Assembly (NCBI RefSeq): GCF_003367075.2
Contig: NZ_CP065936.1
Span: 330,001 to 362,000 of the forward strand
Direction of reading: 5' to 3'
Origin: Cylindrospermopsis raciborskii Cr2010
GTDB taxonomy: Bacteria > Cyanobacteriota > Cyanobacteriia > Cyanobacteriales > Nostocaceae
Length of the DNA: 32,000 nt
The position numbers and the translations under genes were made by a program. Position 1 is the stretch's first letter. Each line of letters opens with the position of its first letter. Under the pieces are notes generated by a model, which saw nothing but the letters and a program-made list of their open reading frames with translations, had not been told where the DNA came from and ran no database searches. Below, in pieces: positions 1 through 10,549 of this stretch.

Positions 1-386
1 CAAAAAAAAACATATATACTTCTCAAAAAATTTACTGTTAACAATTCACATCATATATCTTAACAGTTCAATTAGCAAGTCTCACCTCCACACCCGATGG
101 TTTTTAAAAACTTACCACCACAAGAAGTAAACCGCAAAATAATCTCCACGAATAATTCCCCATCTATCCAGAAACAGTCATAATAGGAATGACCTACTTA
201 AAAAATTTTTGGGCGTGAGTTTTTATGAGTGCTACTCCCTATACCACAGAACAAATCGCAGGCGGAAAACTTCCTGCGAACAGCAGGTGGCGATCGCAAT
301 TAGTTGGGTTACGTTTCCGCGCTTTGTCCTATCTTGCAGATGATTGTCAGGAGGATATTTCCAAATACATCTAGAGATGGCTATAA

Positions 387-1454
<1,068 letters not shown>

Positions 1455-1626
1455 GAACGAAAAAATATGGATGGTAGATCAACATCACCCACCCCGAACA
1501 AACCCTAGACACCTCACGGAAGCAAGGCGGTCAAGCTCTGGAGATATCTAGGAGCAACAACTTGCTATTGTTTATATACTATTGGTAGTGTTAAGAGTGC
1601 CGAGATTTTTATAGTTTGTCCTCTGA

Positions 1627-1917
1627 CTATCCTTTGGAGTGTCCTTTCCTTGGTCTATTCTCCCTATTATTCTCCTCTTTTGGTTTAGCTTTGTTCACTC
1701 TTAGTTGACGACCCATCCATTCTGCACCGTCCAATTCTGATATGGCAGCATCTTCTTGTGCATCTTCGTTCATTTCAACAAAAGCGAACCCGCGCATCTT
1801 TCCTGTTTCGCGGTCAGTAGGTAAAACAACTCTTTTTACCTCGCCATAATCTGCAAACACGGCTTTTAAGTCTGCTTCAGTTGCGCGGTAAGAGAGATTT
1901 CCAATGTAGATAGTCAT
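1627..1917 (-). CDS. RRM-type RNA-binding protein (cyanobacterial Rbp family)
   Basis: RNP2 IYIGNLSY and RNP1 RGFAFVEM in a single short RRM, with a basic C-terminal tail. Confidence 0.93.
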   Translation of the reverse strand: MTIYIGNLSYRATEADLKAVFADYGEVKRVVLPTDRETGKMRGFAFVEMNEDAQEDAAISELDGAEWMGRQLRVNKAKPKEENNRENRPRKGHSKG

Positions 1918-2311
1918 TGTGAGTCACGTAATTTTCAACAAAGGGGGATGGTTAGTAAAAAAATGCAACTTGGCAATTTTTTAGCGTTGGTTTGTGGACA
2001 AGTAGGAAGCCGATTAGACGCTCTCAGATTTGCCACACCACTCAACACAGCCATCCATTAATATATTGACATAAGCACTGACCTAGAAGATCAGGGATTC
2101 TTGACGATTGTCCACAACTTGCTACCTAAGTAGTATTGTTGCTTTCACGTCCGTTTAAAGTCTGCCAATTCCTCATGCCGACCACCTATGTATTTTACAC
2201 TGGTTTACTCAAAATGGCAAGTAGTTTGGCAAAAATAGCCCAAAAATATGGTTTAAGCACCTGCATGAAGGTGAGCTATAATGCTTACTCATCATGGGTT
2301 CTAGACTTTGA

Positions 2312-2542
2312 TTAATCAATAGAAATTTGTTGAGGTTTATTTTTGGCTCCATTTTGGTCATCAGTGGCACTTTTACAAGACTGACATGAGGAAGTTTGCT
2401 TATCCAGCCAGGTTTTTACCGGATCCTCAGTCAGATTGATTCGTAATAGTCCAGAGACAAACCCGCTGAGAAAGGAAACGGGATGCTCTTTTAGCTCTTG
2501 AAACAGAGGCGATAATTCACTGATAAACATTACACTCTCCAC
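2312..2542 (-). CDS. Small hypothetical protein, 76 aa
   Basis: Open frame between two well-supported genes. No family recognised. Confidence 0.5.
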   Translation of the reverse strand: MESVMFISELSPLFQELKEHPVSFLSGFVSGLLRINLTEDPVKTWLDKQTSSCQSCKSATDDQNGAKNKPQQISID

Positions 2543-2612
2543 CCATAATGTAATAATGTAAAAACTTATTATAGATTATAGCTGTAGTCACTCGCAAGGG
2601 GGGAATGGGCTT

Positions 2613-3467
2613 ATGTTAACTAATTGGCGCAATTTTCTCAAAAATGCTGGGGAGTGGAGGGGCTCATTCACTCGCATCTCTGGTCAAGGGGAGATTTTGG
2701 ATTCTACTCTGAGTATTTTAAACTTAGAGGCTACTAATAACAACGAAACTGTATTGTTTAGACTACGACGTTTCCAAGGTCATGATTATGATAGTCCTGT
2801 TATTCAAGACTATCAACAGGAATATACATCCCTGGCTAAAGAGAATATTTTTTTTGAAACAGGTGCTTTTTCTAAGGGAACCGTGCAACTGGCCCCCTTT
2901 GCTGAATTTGGTGCGGAATATGGTTTTGTCCATGAGAACCGCAGGTCTCGTTTGGTGCAATTATATAATAAGGACGGTGAACTAAGTGGTTTAACGCTAA
3001 TTAGGGAGTTTCGTAGTTTTACGGATGCACAGGAGAGACCCCAACTAACAGTAGAACAGCTAATCGGTAAGTGGCAAGGAATATCGCATACGGTTTACTC
3101 AGATCTAAGACCATCCAATAAAGAAACAACTTACTTGGAAATTAAAAAACTAGATAATGGGCATTTAGAAAAACAGCAATTGTTTGCTGGGGAAGAAATG
3201 ATTTCTCTCGGTAAAATAGTAGACAACAGGTTGATATTTGAACCATCATCCAGACAACAATCTAATCAAAAGTTAAACAATGAGGAAATACTTTTGCCAG
3301 ATGGTGTGTCTAGCAACGTTCCCCCAAAACTGGAGCGGAGAAAAGAGTTTTTCATCGAAGCAGGTTGGTTAGTCAAAGATACAGAAAGACAAAGACTGAT
3401 TCGTAGTTATAATGCTCAGGGAGAATGGATTAGCTCCAGCCATATAGTGGAAATCAAAATGGCATGA
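2613..3467 (+). CDS. DUF3598-like (lipocalin-fold) cyanobacterial protein
   Basis: Full-length 284-aa ORF starting NWRNFLKNAGEWRGSFTRIS, with internal IGKWQGISHTVYSD, recalled as the DUF3598 pattern. Confidence 0.7.
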   Translation: MLTNWRNFLKNAGEWRGSFTRISGQGEILDSTLSILNLEATNNNETVLFRLRRFQGHDYDSPVIQDYQQEYTSLAKENIFFETGAFSKGTVQLAPFAEFGAEYGFVHENRRSRLVQLYNKDGELSGLTLIREFRSFTDAQERPQLTVEQLIGKWQGISHTVYSDLRPSNKETTYLEIKKLDNGHLEKQQLFAGEEMISLGKIVDNRLIFEPSSRQQSNQKLNNEEILLPDGVSSNVPPKLERRKEFFIEAGWLVKDTERQRLIRSYNAQGEWISSSHIVEIKMA

Positions 3468-3496
3468 TGGCTGCATCCACCTCCGTTTTTAAAAAC

Positions 3497-5542
3497 CTAC
3501 GACTTTTCTATAAGCTGTTCGGGAAACATACATTTGTCAGAATCACAAGCAGTTGGCCCTGATTCTATTAATTCACCTAAATCATAACGACTTAGAGCTT
3601 GACAAAAATCTTCCGTTCTCCGTCGCAACTTTACCTGAGCGGATAACATTTGATATGTTTTCTGATCTATCGGTTCAAAGGGTAGACGAGGAAAGGTTTG
3701 AATATCATCAAATCTCCCTAGTATGGCTGCTGAAATATACCCTTCATCCTTCTGAATGGCTTCATATATGCGAGTTCCTAAGCATTCAACTTCGTCAGAT
3801 CTCAATTCTAAGGTTGCTGAGGTATTATGGGTAGTATAACACCTCTGTACCTCCATGACAAAATCTAACTGAGCCAAAGCAGAAAATTTGGATACATCTA
3901 TTTTGTCTGCTCCTGGTAAATCCGCCCAAGAAACCGCTACGGGGATTTCTACTAACCACTCACTACAACGGGGGTCAAAGGGATTATCCAGTAAATTACC
4001 TTGTTCGTCTTTATCAGATTGGGAAGGTATGACACTGTACCCATAATCCAAACAAGCTAGAGCTACTGGGTCGTTTTTACGGAAAGTAATCCGACGAATA
4101 AATCGTTGCGCTTTGGGAGGGTGCCAACCAGGAGAAGCACCTGTTAATAAGGATTTTGTGCCGCTAGGTTGAACAGTGGTACAACGATTGGGCCTTTTAA
4201 TCCCATGTTTGTCGCAATATTCCCAAACGGTTTGATGTACTATTTCTCGCCATTTATTGAGATATTTTTGCTCACCCCGTTTAAATATTAGTCCTTCCTG
4301 GGTTTCTGGTCTTCCCTGTTCCCACCAATGTAACCACTCCACACCAAAAGCATGAACAAAGAAGTCAAACAACCCCGTGAAGGAAACACCAACAATGGGA
4401 TCCAATTCTCGACTATGTTGATAGCGGATCTCCTGAAATTTGTGATTTAATAAGGCAGCTACGGATATAGCAGCTGCTTTAAAGGCTTCCTCCTGTTCCT
4501 TATAGTTATCAGGATCAATTTGGTTTAAATGTACTTCGGCTAAGTTACAATGGAAGTCAGCACCAATAATTTCACCACAGGGGTTTAAACCATATCTACC
4601 CAAACGATGTTCCAGCTCTGAATCTTCCATCTCTGGATAATTTTCTTTTATCCATGTTCTGGCCTGTCCTGTTGCATAAGCATTCAGAAACTGTTTTTTT
4701 AGTTCAAGGGTTTTGAGTAAATCAATATTTGCTCTAGCTACTGTTTCACCAGCCCATTGAATTGCTCCTTCACCACTATAATACTGTTTCTGAACAGCTG
4801 CAAGGCATTCTTCTAAAGTAGGTTTGTGATGAAACACTCGAGTATGATTGGCCATGCGCAAAGCATCTCTTTCTGGGTCTATGCTCCAGTTTCCTTGAGC
4901 ATCTTGTTTCCACAGATTATCTTTGGCTGTTGCTCCATTTTCATCCTCTGCAATGAATTGTCTCATACCCGCCGATCTCCGAATATTACCAGCAACAATT
5001 GATACGGCAGCTTCGTCTATTAATAGACAGCATTCGACGGAATTTAACTTTCTACCTACAGCTTGGTTGAGAATAGAAGCACAACGAGTATATAATCCGG
5101 ATAATTTGACTGGGTTAGCAACACCACCAAATCCCTTGAGGGTTTCTCCGGAGCGACGCACATCATCAAGATTTACACACACTTGAATATCATCGGTAAA
5201 GCGTATATCCGTAGAGAGTTCTAGAAGGGTTTGGTAGGAATTTACCCAACCTTCTCGACTATCTCCTACATAAATAGTCACCCGATTACCTTCTATAACT
5301 GTTTCTGTAAACTCCCGACGGTCTTTTTCTGGAGTGTTGCCAATTTTCCCCTGAATGGTCACCTGTAACCGATTACGAATGGGGGGTAATTGATTAATAT
5401 ACTGGGGTTCAATCACTGCTCCTGTACCACAACCCATCATGGCCAGATCCATCATTAAACCAAATGCTTGCCAATCTATGAGGTTTGTAGAAGTGCAGTT
5501 ATAAGCTCCAGAGAAATTTTTCGACTTTTTTAACCATTCCGT
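3497..5542 (-). CDS. nrdJ: Adenosylcobalamin-dependent (class II) ribonucleotide reductase NrdJ, 3' exon (TEWLKKSKNFSGAYNCTSTNLIDWQAFGLMMDLAMMGCGTGAV... to stop)
   Basis: Class II RNR motifs CGTGAVIEPQYI, GLNPCGEI, QPSGTKSLLTGASPG. By manual translation the frame continues upstream of the listed Met (5455) to 5542, where the group II intron ends. Confidence 0.93.
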   Translation of the reverse strand, partial: TEWLKKSKNFSGAYNCTSTNLIDWQAFGLMMDLAMMGCGTGAVIEPQYINQLPPIRNRLQVTIQGKIGNTPEKDRREFTETVIEGNRVTIYVGDSREGWVNSYQTLLELSTDIRFTDDIQVCVNLDDVRRSGETLKGFGGVANPVKLSGLYTRCASILNQAVGRKLNSVECCLLIDEAAVSIVAGNIRRSAGMRQFIAEDENGATAKDNLWKQDAQGNWSIDPERDALRMANHTRVFHHKPTLEECLAAVQKQYYSGEGAIQWAGETVARANIDLLKTLELKKQFLNAYATGQARTWIKENYPEMEDSELEHRLGRYGLNPCGEIIGADFHCNLAEVHLNQIDPDNYKEQEEAFKAAAISVAALLNHKFQEIRYQHSRELDPIVGVSFTGLFDFFVHAFGVEWLHWWEQGRPETQEGLIFKRGEQKYLNKWREIVHQTVWEYCDKHGIKRPNRCTTVQPSGTKSLLTGASPGWHPPKAQRFIRRITFRKNDPVALACLDYGYSVIPSQSDKDEQGNLLDNPFDPRCSEWLVEIPVAVSWADLPGADKIDVSKFSALAQLDFVMEVQRCYTTHNTSATLELRSDEVECLGTRIYEAIQKDEGYISAAILGRFDDIQTFPRLPFEPIDQKTYQMLSAQVKLRRRTEDFCQALSRYDLGELIESGPTACDSDKCMFPEQLIEKS

Positions 5543-5583
5543 ATGACCCTAAGCCACATTGTCTCCAATATGACTCGGCTTCA

Positions 5584-5617
5584 GAACCGTGCGTGATACT
5601 TTCGCATCACACGGCTC
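5584..5617 (-). ncRNA. Group II intron domain V
   Basis: GAGCCGTG...CACGGTTC lower stem, two-nt CG bulge, upper stem capped by GAAA. This is the canonical 34-nt fold. Confidence 0.95.
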
Positions 5618-5635
5618 CTCAATGATTTGGCTCTT

Positions 5636-6919
5636 TTAAGAGTACCAATTTGGGGTTGATGTCTTGGTATAGGTGTCACACTGCTTGACAGCGTTGAGAA
5701 ATCCATGATGGTAGGTAAGGTACACCGGTTGACTTTCTTCAAACGCACGAAATACCCAATTAGCTTGGTCTTTGGAGCCAAAATATTTCTCGACCCACTG
5801 TTTGGTGGATTTGTGATTATGTCTGGCCTTCACCCAGGCAATTAATTTTAAGGTCATTAGGTGGTCTAGCTTTTGGAATGTTTTAGCACTATTAACAGGG
5901 AAATAATAGTTACTCCATCTGGTAATGATGGGATTTAGTCGTTTAATTAAGTCTAATTGGGATTGACAAGACTTAAATTTATCTATTTCTTGAGCTAGTT
6001 CCCCATAATGGGTTTTAATTGCTTCTTGACTGGGCTGGATGAAAGTTTGATACCTTTGTGGTTGGGAATGGGTTTTGATTTCATATTGGCGGATATTAAA
6101 GTCCAGAAAATTGAACCCAGGGGATTTTGTACCCTTGAGAGTTTGCTCCAAGTTGATTTGTATACCTAGATCACTCAGAAACTTCTCAATCAGTATTTTA
6201 GCCTTGATAATTACATCGAATTCAGAATCTAGCAGTGCAAATTCGCTGCCATGTCTAATCAAGGTTATTTCCTCTTTTTTACCTGGAATAGTTTTGCCAT
6301 ATTCTCGGACAATTTTTTCCATGCCATGGAGAGCAATACTGACTAAAAGCGGGGAAAGTAAACTACCGGGATGGATTATCTCTTGATTTAATAACCATGA
6401 GTTAAGATTGTATATACCCGATTTCATTCCTACCCTTATTTGCCTACGGAGTTTTGGGAAAGTATTTATCTTACTTAATAGCTTTTCGTAGTCAATTTGC
6501 TCGAAGTGTTGGGCAAGATTGGCACTGATAACATACTTGCTACCATACCTCATTGCCTCTTTAATAGCCATTATAGGATCCATATAAGTTTTACCCGGTC
6601 GGAATCCATAACTATGAGACTCAAATTTAGCCTCCCACTCAGGTTCTAGAGCCAGTTTAATCAATAATTGTTGTGCTTGGTATTCTGTTCTTACTTGGCG
6701 AATAGCAAGCATTTTGGCAGACCAGGAATTCAGCAGAGTCTTTTGCAGTTTACGCACTACCTTAACATCTCCCCGACTAGAGGCTTGATAAATTCTCTGT
6801 TGCAACTTGTACACAGCCCTTTCTAGCTTACGCCAGTTTATCTGTGCCCATACCACCATCGGTGTTTTCCGTGTTTTAGTCATTTTCATTGCTATATGAA
6901 ACTCTATCTTCCAAATCAT
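5636..6919 (-). CDS. Group II intron-encoded protein: reverse transcriptase-like with maturase/X domain, catalytically degenerate and lacking HNH. True start may be an internal Met (MKMTKTRKT...).
   Basis: Similar to intron RTs: INWRKLERAVYKLQQRIYQAS, LALEPEWEAKFESHSYGFRPG, PGFNFLDFNIRQY, LIKRLNPIITRWSNYY, FQKLDHLMTLKLIAWVKARH. YADD is replaced by HGSE. Confidence 0.92.
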   Translation of the reverse strand: MIWKIEFHIAMKMTKTRKTPMVVWAQINWRKLERAVYKLQQRIYQASSRGDVKVVRKLQKTLLNSWSAKMLAIRQVRTEYQAQQLLIKLALEPEWEAKFESHSYGFRPGKTYMDPIMAIKEAMRYGSKYVISANLAQHFEQIDYEKLLSKINTFPKLRRQIRVGMKSGIYNLNSWLLNQEIIHPGSLLSPLLVSIALHGMEKIVREYGKTIPGKKEEITLIRHGSEFALLDSEFDVIIKAKILIEKFLSDLGIQINLEQTLKGTKSPGFNFLDFNIRQYEIKTHSQPQRYQTFIQPSQEAIKTHYGELAQEIDKFKSCQSQLDLIKRLNPIITRWSNYYFPVNSAKTFQKLDHLMTLKLIAWVKARHNHKSTKQWVEKYFGSKDQANWVFRAFEESQPVYLTYHHGFLNAVKQCDTYTKTSTPNWYS

Positions 6920-7503
6920 CGGGAATCTGTCAGCTTATTCATACCCATTACAGGTAGACCTTTGCTTCTGATTCCATCTCTTTTTATTAGAGCTTGCGGA
7001 TTGGTTCCTACTTCCCTATCGACCCCGGAAAGAGCTGCTAATAAAATTACTTCGTTCCGTATAACCATTGATTTGAGTGTTTAGGATGGCACTACTCAGC
7101 CGGAGACAGGAAAGCGTGACCTTAATGGTGGTACTTTTGGGTTCCTTAATGTCTCTTTGTCTTTTGACAGCAGCGTATCAACCATTTTTTTCGCTACTTG
7201 CTAGGTGACGACTGTTTAGATGTACCTTCACTTTCGTTATCCATGCACTCCTGCTCGCTGGGATTCACCTCATGGTTTGGTGTTACCAGCTTTTTTCCCC
7301 GCTTTACCCTTTGATTACCAGTCCCTAGGTAGGGGAAATGCTTTCACTCCCACGCTTGGAGGATAGGACTCTGTGTCTATCACATCACCTATAAGGTTAT
7401 ACAGTTATTTGGGTTCGGTTAACCGTACTTTTTTATTCGGTTGTTGAACCCACCGAATCATCCCCCGGTTCAATTAAACCAGTTTCGATTCAACGAATCA
7501 CAC

Positions 7504-7761
7504 ACCACCAACCCACAACCATCTTCCACTCGGTAAGGCTTTCATCTGTAGTTGCATTTTTTCTAACAGTGCAGTTTCTTCCAAGTTGAGTTTTCCTAAC
7601 TCTACTAGTCCTTTTAAAGTGCGATCGCATACATCGCTCCAGGATTCTCTTAATCCTGTTTGGGTGCGACGGCTATAGGTCCTGAAAAACACAGGATTGG
7701 CTGCGGGAGCAGTTTCGGGAAAGGACGCAATCTGGCGTGGACGTTTCAGTTCTTGAACCAT
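7504..7761 (-). CDS. nrdJ: NrdJ 5' exon (residues 1-86, ends ...KALPSGRWLWVGG)
   Basis: N-terminal class II RNR region. The listed ORF (7498-7761) adds a GTG Val and TGA that are actually the first intron bases. Confidence 0.92.
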
Positions 7762-7909
7762 AATTAGTTGGATAAGGTTTACTGACTAACAGATTAAGAC
7801 TATAACCTCAAGTAGTTTTAGGATCAAAGATTGCTAAATTTGCCACTTTATGCTCTGTTGTTTTTGTATTGGAAGTTACAAATCTATCCACGGAAGATGA
7901 TCGATAGTG

Positions 7910-8527
7910 CTATAGTACAATTAATCCCAAGAGAATACCTAGGATTTTATTAAGATCACTGATATAGTAGTTATTTAGGTCAATCAATAACTTGCTTTCT
8001 ACTAACTGCAAAAATTTCCAAATGTCCCCTGTGGTTAAGGCTCCATAAATAGTTTTAATTTCAGGTGATCCATTATGTTGCTGTTGATTGAACAGCTGAG
8101 CTGCTAACATGGTAGCTGCACACTGACCCAAGCCAGCTTTAATGTTTTCATTTTTTGCTTCGACAATAATTGCCACAGGAGCATTAATAATTAATTGCTC
8201 CCGAGAGAGACTGATAATAAAATCACAATAGCCAGTTAAACCTTGTTCAGGATCCACATTAAAATCACTGCCAGAAAACAGACTAATTTGATAATTGGCC
8301 CTGCGTCGTACTTCCAACAAAATAGGGGCGATGATGAATTCTGATCGCGCTTTTTCCGTATTGATTGCTAGGGCCATTTCCATAGTTTCCCCCAGAGTGC
8401 TGATTAATTTATCACTAGGTTCCACGGAGTTGACATGGGCAAATAAATCCGGATCTTCATTAATTTCGATGTGAAATTTATTTCTAAATTGAGTTAAACT
8501 AAAATCACTGTACGCCATTTTCTTCAC
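7910..8527 (-). CDS. Uncharacterised protein with PD-(D/E)XK nuclease-like motifs; paralogue of 19225-19827
   Basis: NTEKARSEFIIAPILLEVRR...DPEQGLTGYCDFIIS...APVAIIVEAKN...GLGQCAATMLAAQ. Confidence 0.75.
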   Translation of the reverse strand: MKKMAYSDFSLTQFRNKFHIEINEDPDLFAHVNSVEPSDKLISTLGETMEMALAINTEKARSEFIIAPILLEVRRRANYQISLFSGSDFNVDPEQGLTGYCDFIISLSREQLIINAPVAIIVEAKNENIKAGLGQCAATMLAAQLFNQQQHNGSPEIKTIYGALTTGDIWKFLQLVESKLLIDLNNYYISDLNKILGILLGLIVL

Positions 8528-8594
8528 CTTTGGTGCGGTATATAATTACAATTAAAAACACCAACTAAAAATCCCCCAATATTTTTTCACCATA

Positions 8595-10541
8595 ATGATT
8601 ATGGAAACTACTGTTCAAAATGCTATTCAAAATAATAATCACCATAACATTGAATTTCAAGATGCTTATGATGTAATTGTAGTAGGCGCAGGTCATGCTG
8701 GTTGTGAAGCAGCTTTAGCTGCTGCTCGTCTTGGTTGTCCTACCCTATTGTTAACCCTGAATCTGGATAAAATCGCTTGGCAACCATGTAATCCAGCGGT
8801 GGGAGGTCCAGCCAAATCCCAACTCACCCATGAAGTGGATGCTTTAGGTGGGGAAATTGGTAAAATGGCAGACCGTACCTACCTGCAAAAACGAGTCCTG
8901 AACTCCTCTCGAGGTCCAGCAGTTTGGGCCCTACGAGCTCAAACTGATAAACGTGAATATGCAGCTGTGATGAAGGGAATTGTGGAAAACCAAGAGAACC
9001 TGACCATTCGGGAAGCTATGGTAACCGACTTGGTTTTGGGCAAAAACGATGAAATAATTGGGGTTGAAACCTATTTTGGTGTGGCTTTTGCATGTAAAGC
9101 TGTGATTTTAACTACAGGAACCTTTTTAGGAGGGAGAATTTGGGTAGGAAATAAATCCATGGAAGCTGGTCGAGCAGGAGAATTTGCAGCAGTGGGTTTA
9201 ACTACCACCCTCCATCGCTTGGGTTTTGAAACTGGAAGATTGAAAACTGGAACTCCCGCTCGGGTGGATAAGCGATCTGTAGATTACAGCAAAATGGAAA
9301 TCCAACCGGGAGATGGGGAAGTCCGTTGGTTTAGCTTTGACCCGCAAGTATGGGTAGAAAAAGAGCAAATTCCCTGTTACATGACCCGCACTACTCCAGA
9401 AACCCATCGTCTCATTCAAGAAAATCTAGGTCTATCTCCCGTATATGGGGGTTGGGTGGATGCTAAAGGTCCTCGTTATTGTCCCAGCATCGAGGATAAG
9501 ATAGTGCGGTTCGCAGACAAGGAAAGTCATCAGATATTTATTGAACCAGAAGGAAGAGATATACCCGAACTCTATATTCAGGGTTTTTCCACGGGATTAC
9601 CAGAAACTTTGCAAATCCTCATGTTGAGAAGTCTTCCGGGTTTGGAAAAATGTGTGATGTTACGTCCAGCTTACGCTGTGGAGTACGACTACTTGCCTGC
9701 AACTCAATGCTACCCATCTTTAATGACTAAAAAAATAGAAGGTCTTTTTTGTGCCGGACAAATTAATGGGACAACGGGTTATGAAGAGGCAGCTGCTCAA
9801 GGATTGGTGGCGGGCATTAATGCGGTTCAGTTTGCCCAAGGTCGAGAAATGGTGATTTTTCCCCGGGAACAAAGTTATATTGGCACTTTAATTGATGATT
9901 TGTGCACGAAGGATTTACGAGAACCCTATCGTATGCTCACCAGTCGCTCAGAATATCGGTTGTTACTAAGATCTGATAATGCGGATCAACGTATGACCCC
10001 CCTAGGAAGAGCAATAGGTTTAATTGATGACAGAAGATGGAATTTGTTTACTAGAAAACAAGAACAAATTATTGGGGAAAAGGAAAGACTCCATTCCACC
10101 AGAATTAAGGAGCATGAGGATATTGGTAGGTTGATTACTCAACATACTCAACAGGTTATTAAGGGTTCCATCACCCTCGCAGATCTGTTGCGTCGTCCAG
10201 AAATCCATTATTCTGATTTGGAAAGATACGGACTTGGCAATCCCCATCTCCATGGAGCGGAAAAGGAAGGTGCGGAAATAGATATTAAGTATTCTGGGTA
10301 TTTAGCCAGACAGCAAAACCAAATCGACCAAATCGCTCGTCAAGCAAATCGCCATCTACCCCCCAATTTGGATTATAATTCTATTACCACTCTTTCTAAG
10401 GAAGCTAGGGAAAAACTCACCACGGTTAAACCTCTCACGGTTGGACAAGCATCCCGCATTGGAGGAGTTAACCCTGCTGATATTAATGCCCTACTTGTCT
10501 ATCTGGAAACTAGACAAAATTTGACCACATCCCCTTGGTAA
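8595..10541 (+). CDS. mnmG: tRNA uridine-5-carboxymethylaminomethyl modification enzyme MnmG (GidA)
   Basis: FAD-binding [57 protein letters not shown], and C-terminal [20 protein letters not shown]. Confidence 0.98.
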   Translation: MIMETTVQNAIQNNNHHNIEFQDAYDVIVVGAGHAGCEAALAAARLGCPTLLLTLNLDKIAWQPCNPAVGGPAKSQLTHEVDALGGEIGKMADRTYLQKRVLNSSRGPAVWALRAQTDKREYAAVMKGIVENQENLTIREAMVTDLVLGKNDEIIGVETYFGVAFACKAVILTTGTFLGGRIWVGNKSMEAGRAGEFAAVGLTTTLHRLGFETGRLKTGTPARVDKRSVDYSKMEIQPGDGEVRWFSFDPQVWVEKEQIPCYMTRTTPETHRLIQENLGLSPVYGGWVDAKGPRYCPSIEDKIVRFADKESHQIFIEPEGRDIPELYIQGFSTGLPETLQILMLRSLPGLEKCVMLRPAYAVEYDYLPATQCYPSLMTKKIEGLFCAGQINGTTGYEEAAAQGLVAGINAVQFAQGREMVIFPREQSYIGTLIDDLCTKDLREPYRMLTSRSEYRLLLRSDNADQRMTPLGRAIGLIDDRRWNLFTRKQEQIIGEKERLHSTRIKEHEDIGRLITQHTQQVIKGSITLADLLRRPEIHYSDLERYGLGNPHLHGAEKEGAEIDIKYSGYLARQQNQIDQIARQANRHLPPNLDYNSITTLSKEAREKLTTVKPLTVGQASRIGGVNPADINALLVYLETRQNLTTSPW

Positions 10542-10549
10542 TAATGGAG

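Larger units (their letters stand above)
5543..7503 (-). mobile_element. Group II intron of about 1961 nt inserted in nrdJ, encoding a degenerate reverse transcriptase/maturase
   Basis: The 5' end reads GTGTGATTCG (GTGYG consensus) on the minus strand. Near the 3' end is a 34-nt domain V, GAGCCGTGTGATGCGAAAGTATCACGCACGGTTC, with AGC triad, GAAA loop and CG bulge. A domain VI-like stem follows with candidate branch A at 5550, 8 nt from a 3' terminal AT. Removing 5543-7503 joins GGT|ACG and gives the in-frame NrdJ sequence RWLWVGG-TEWLKKSKNFSGAYNC. Confidence 0.93.

Noticed and set aside
3485-3496. Palindrome GTTTTTAAAAAC next to the nrdJ stop codon
   Set aside because: Short, AT-rich and without a usable loop; likely chance in an AT-rich intergenic region.
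3553-3834. Plus-strand ORF of 93 aa
   Set aside because: Antisense to the conserved nrdJ C-terminal coding region.
4923-5186. Plus-strand ORF of 87 aa
   Set aside because: Antisense to conserved nrdJ coding sequence.
6075-6386. Plus-strand ORF of 103 aa inside the intron
   Set aside because: Antisense to the intron-encoded protein, whose match to RT/maturase families is clear.
6896-7084. Minus-strand ORF (62 aa) upstream of the intron protein
   Set aside because: Lies in the structured 5' part of the group II intron (domains I-III); the translation matches no intron protein N-terminus.
7498-7503. The last codon (Val) and stop of ORF 7498-7761 as a genuine truncated NrdJ
   Set aside because: These six bases are the first bases of the group II intron (GTGTGA); the real protein continues in exon 2.
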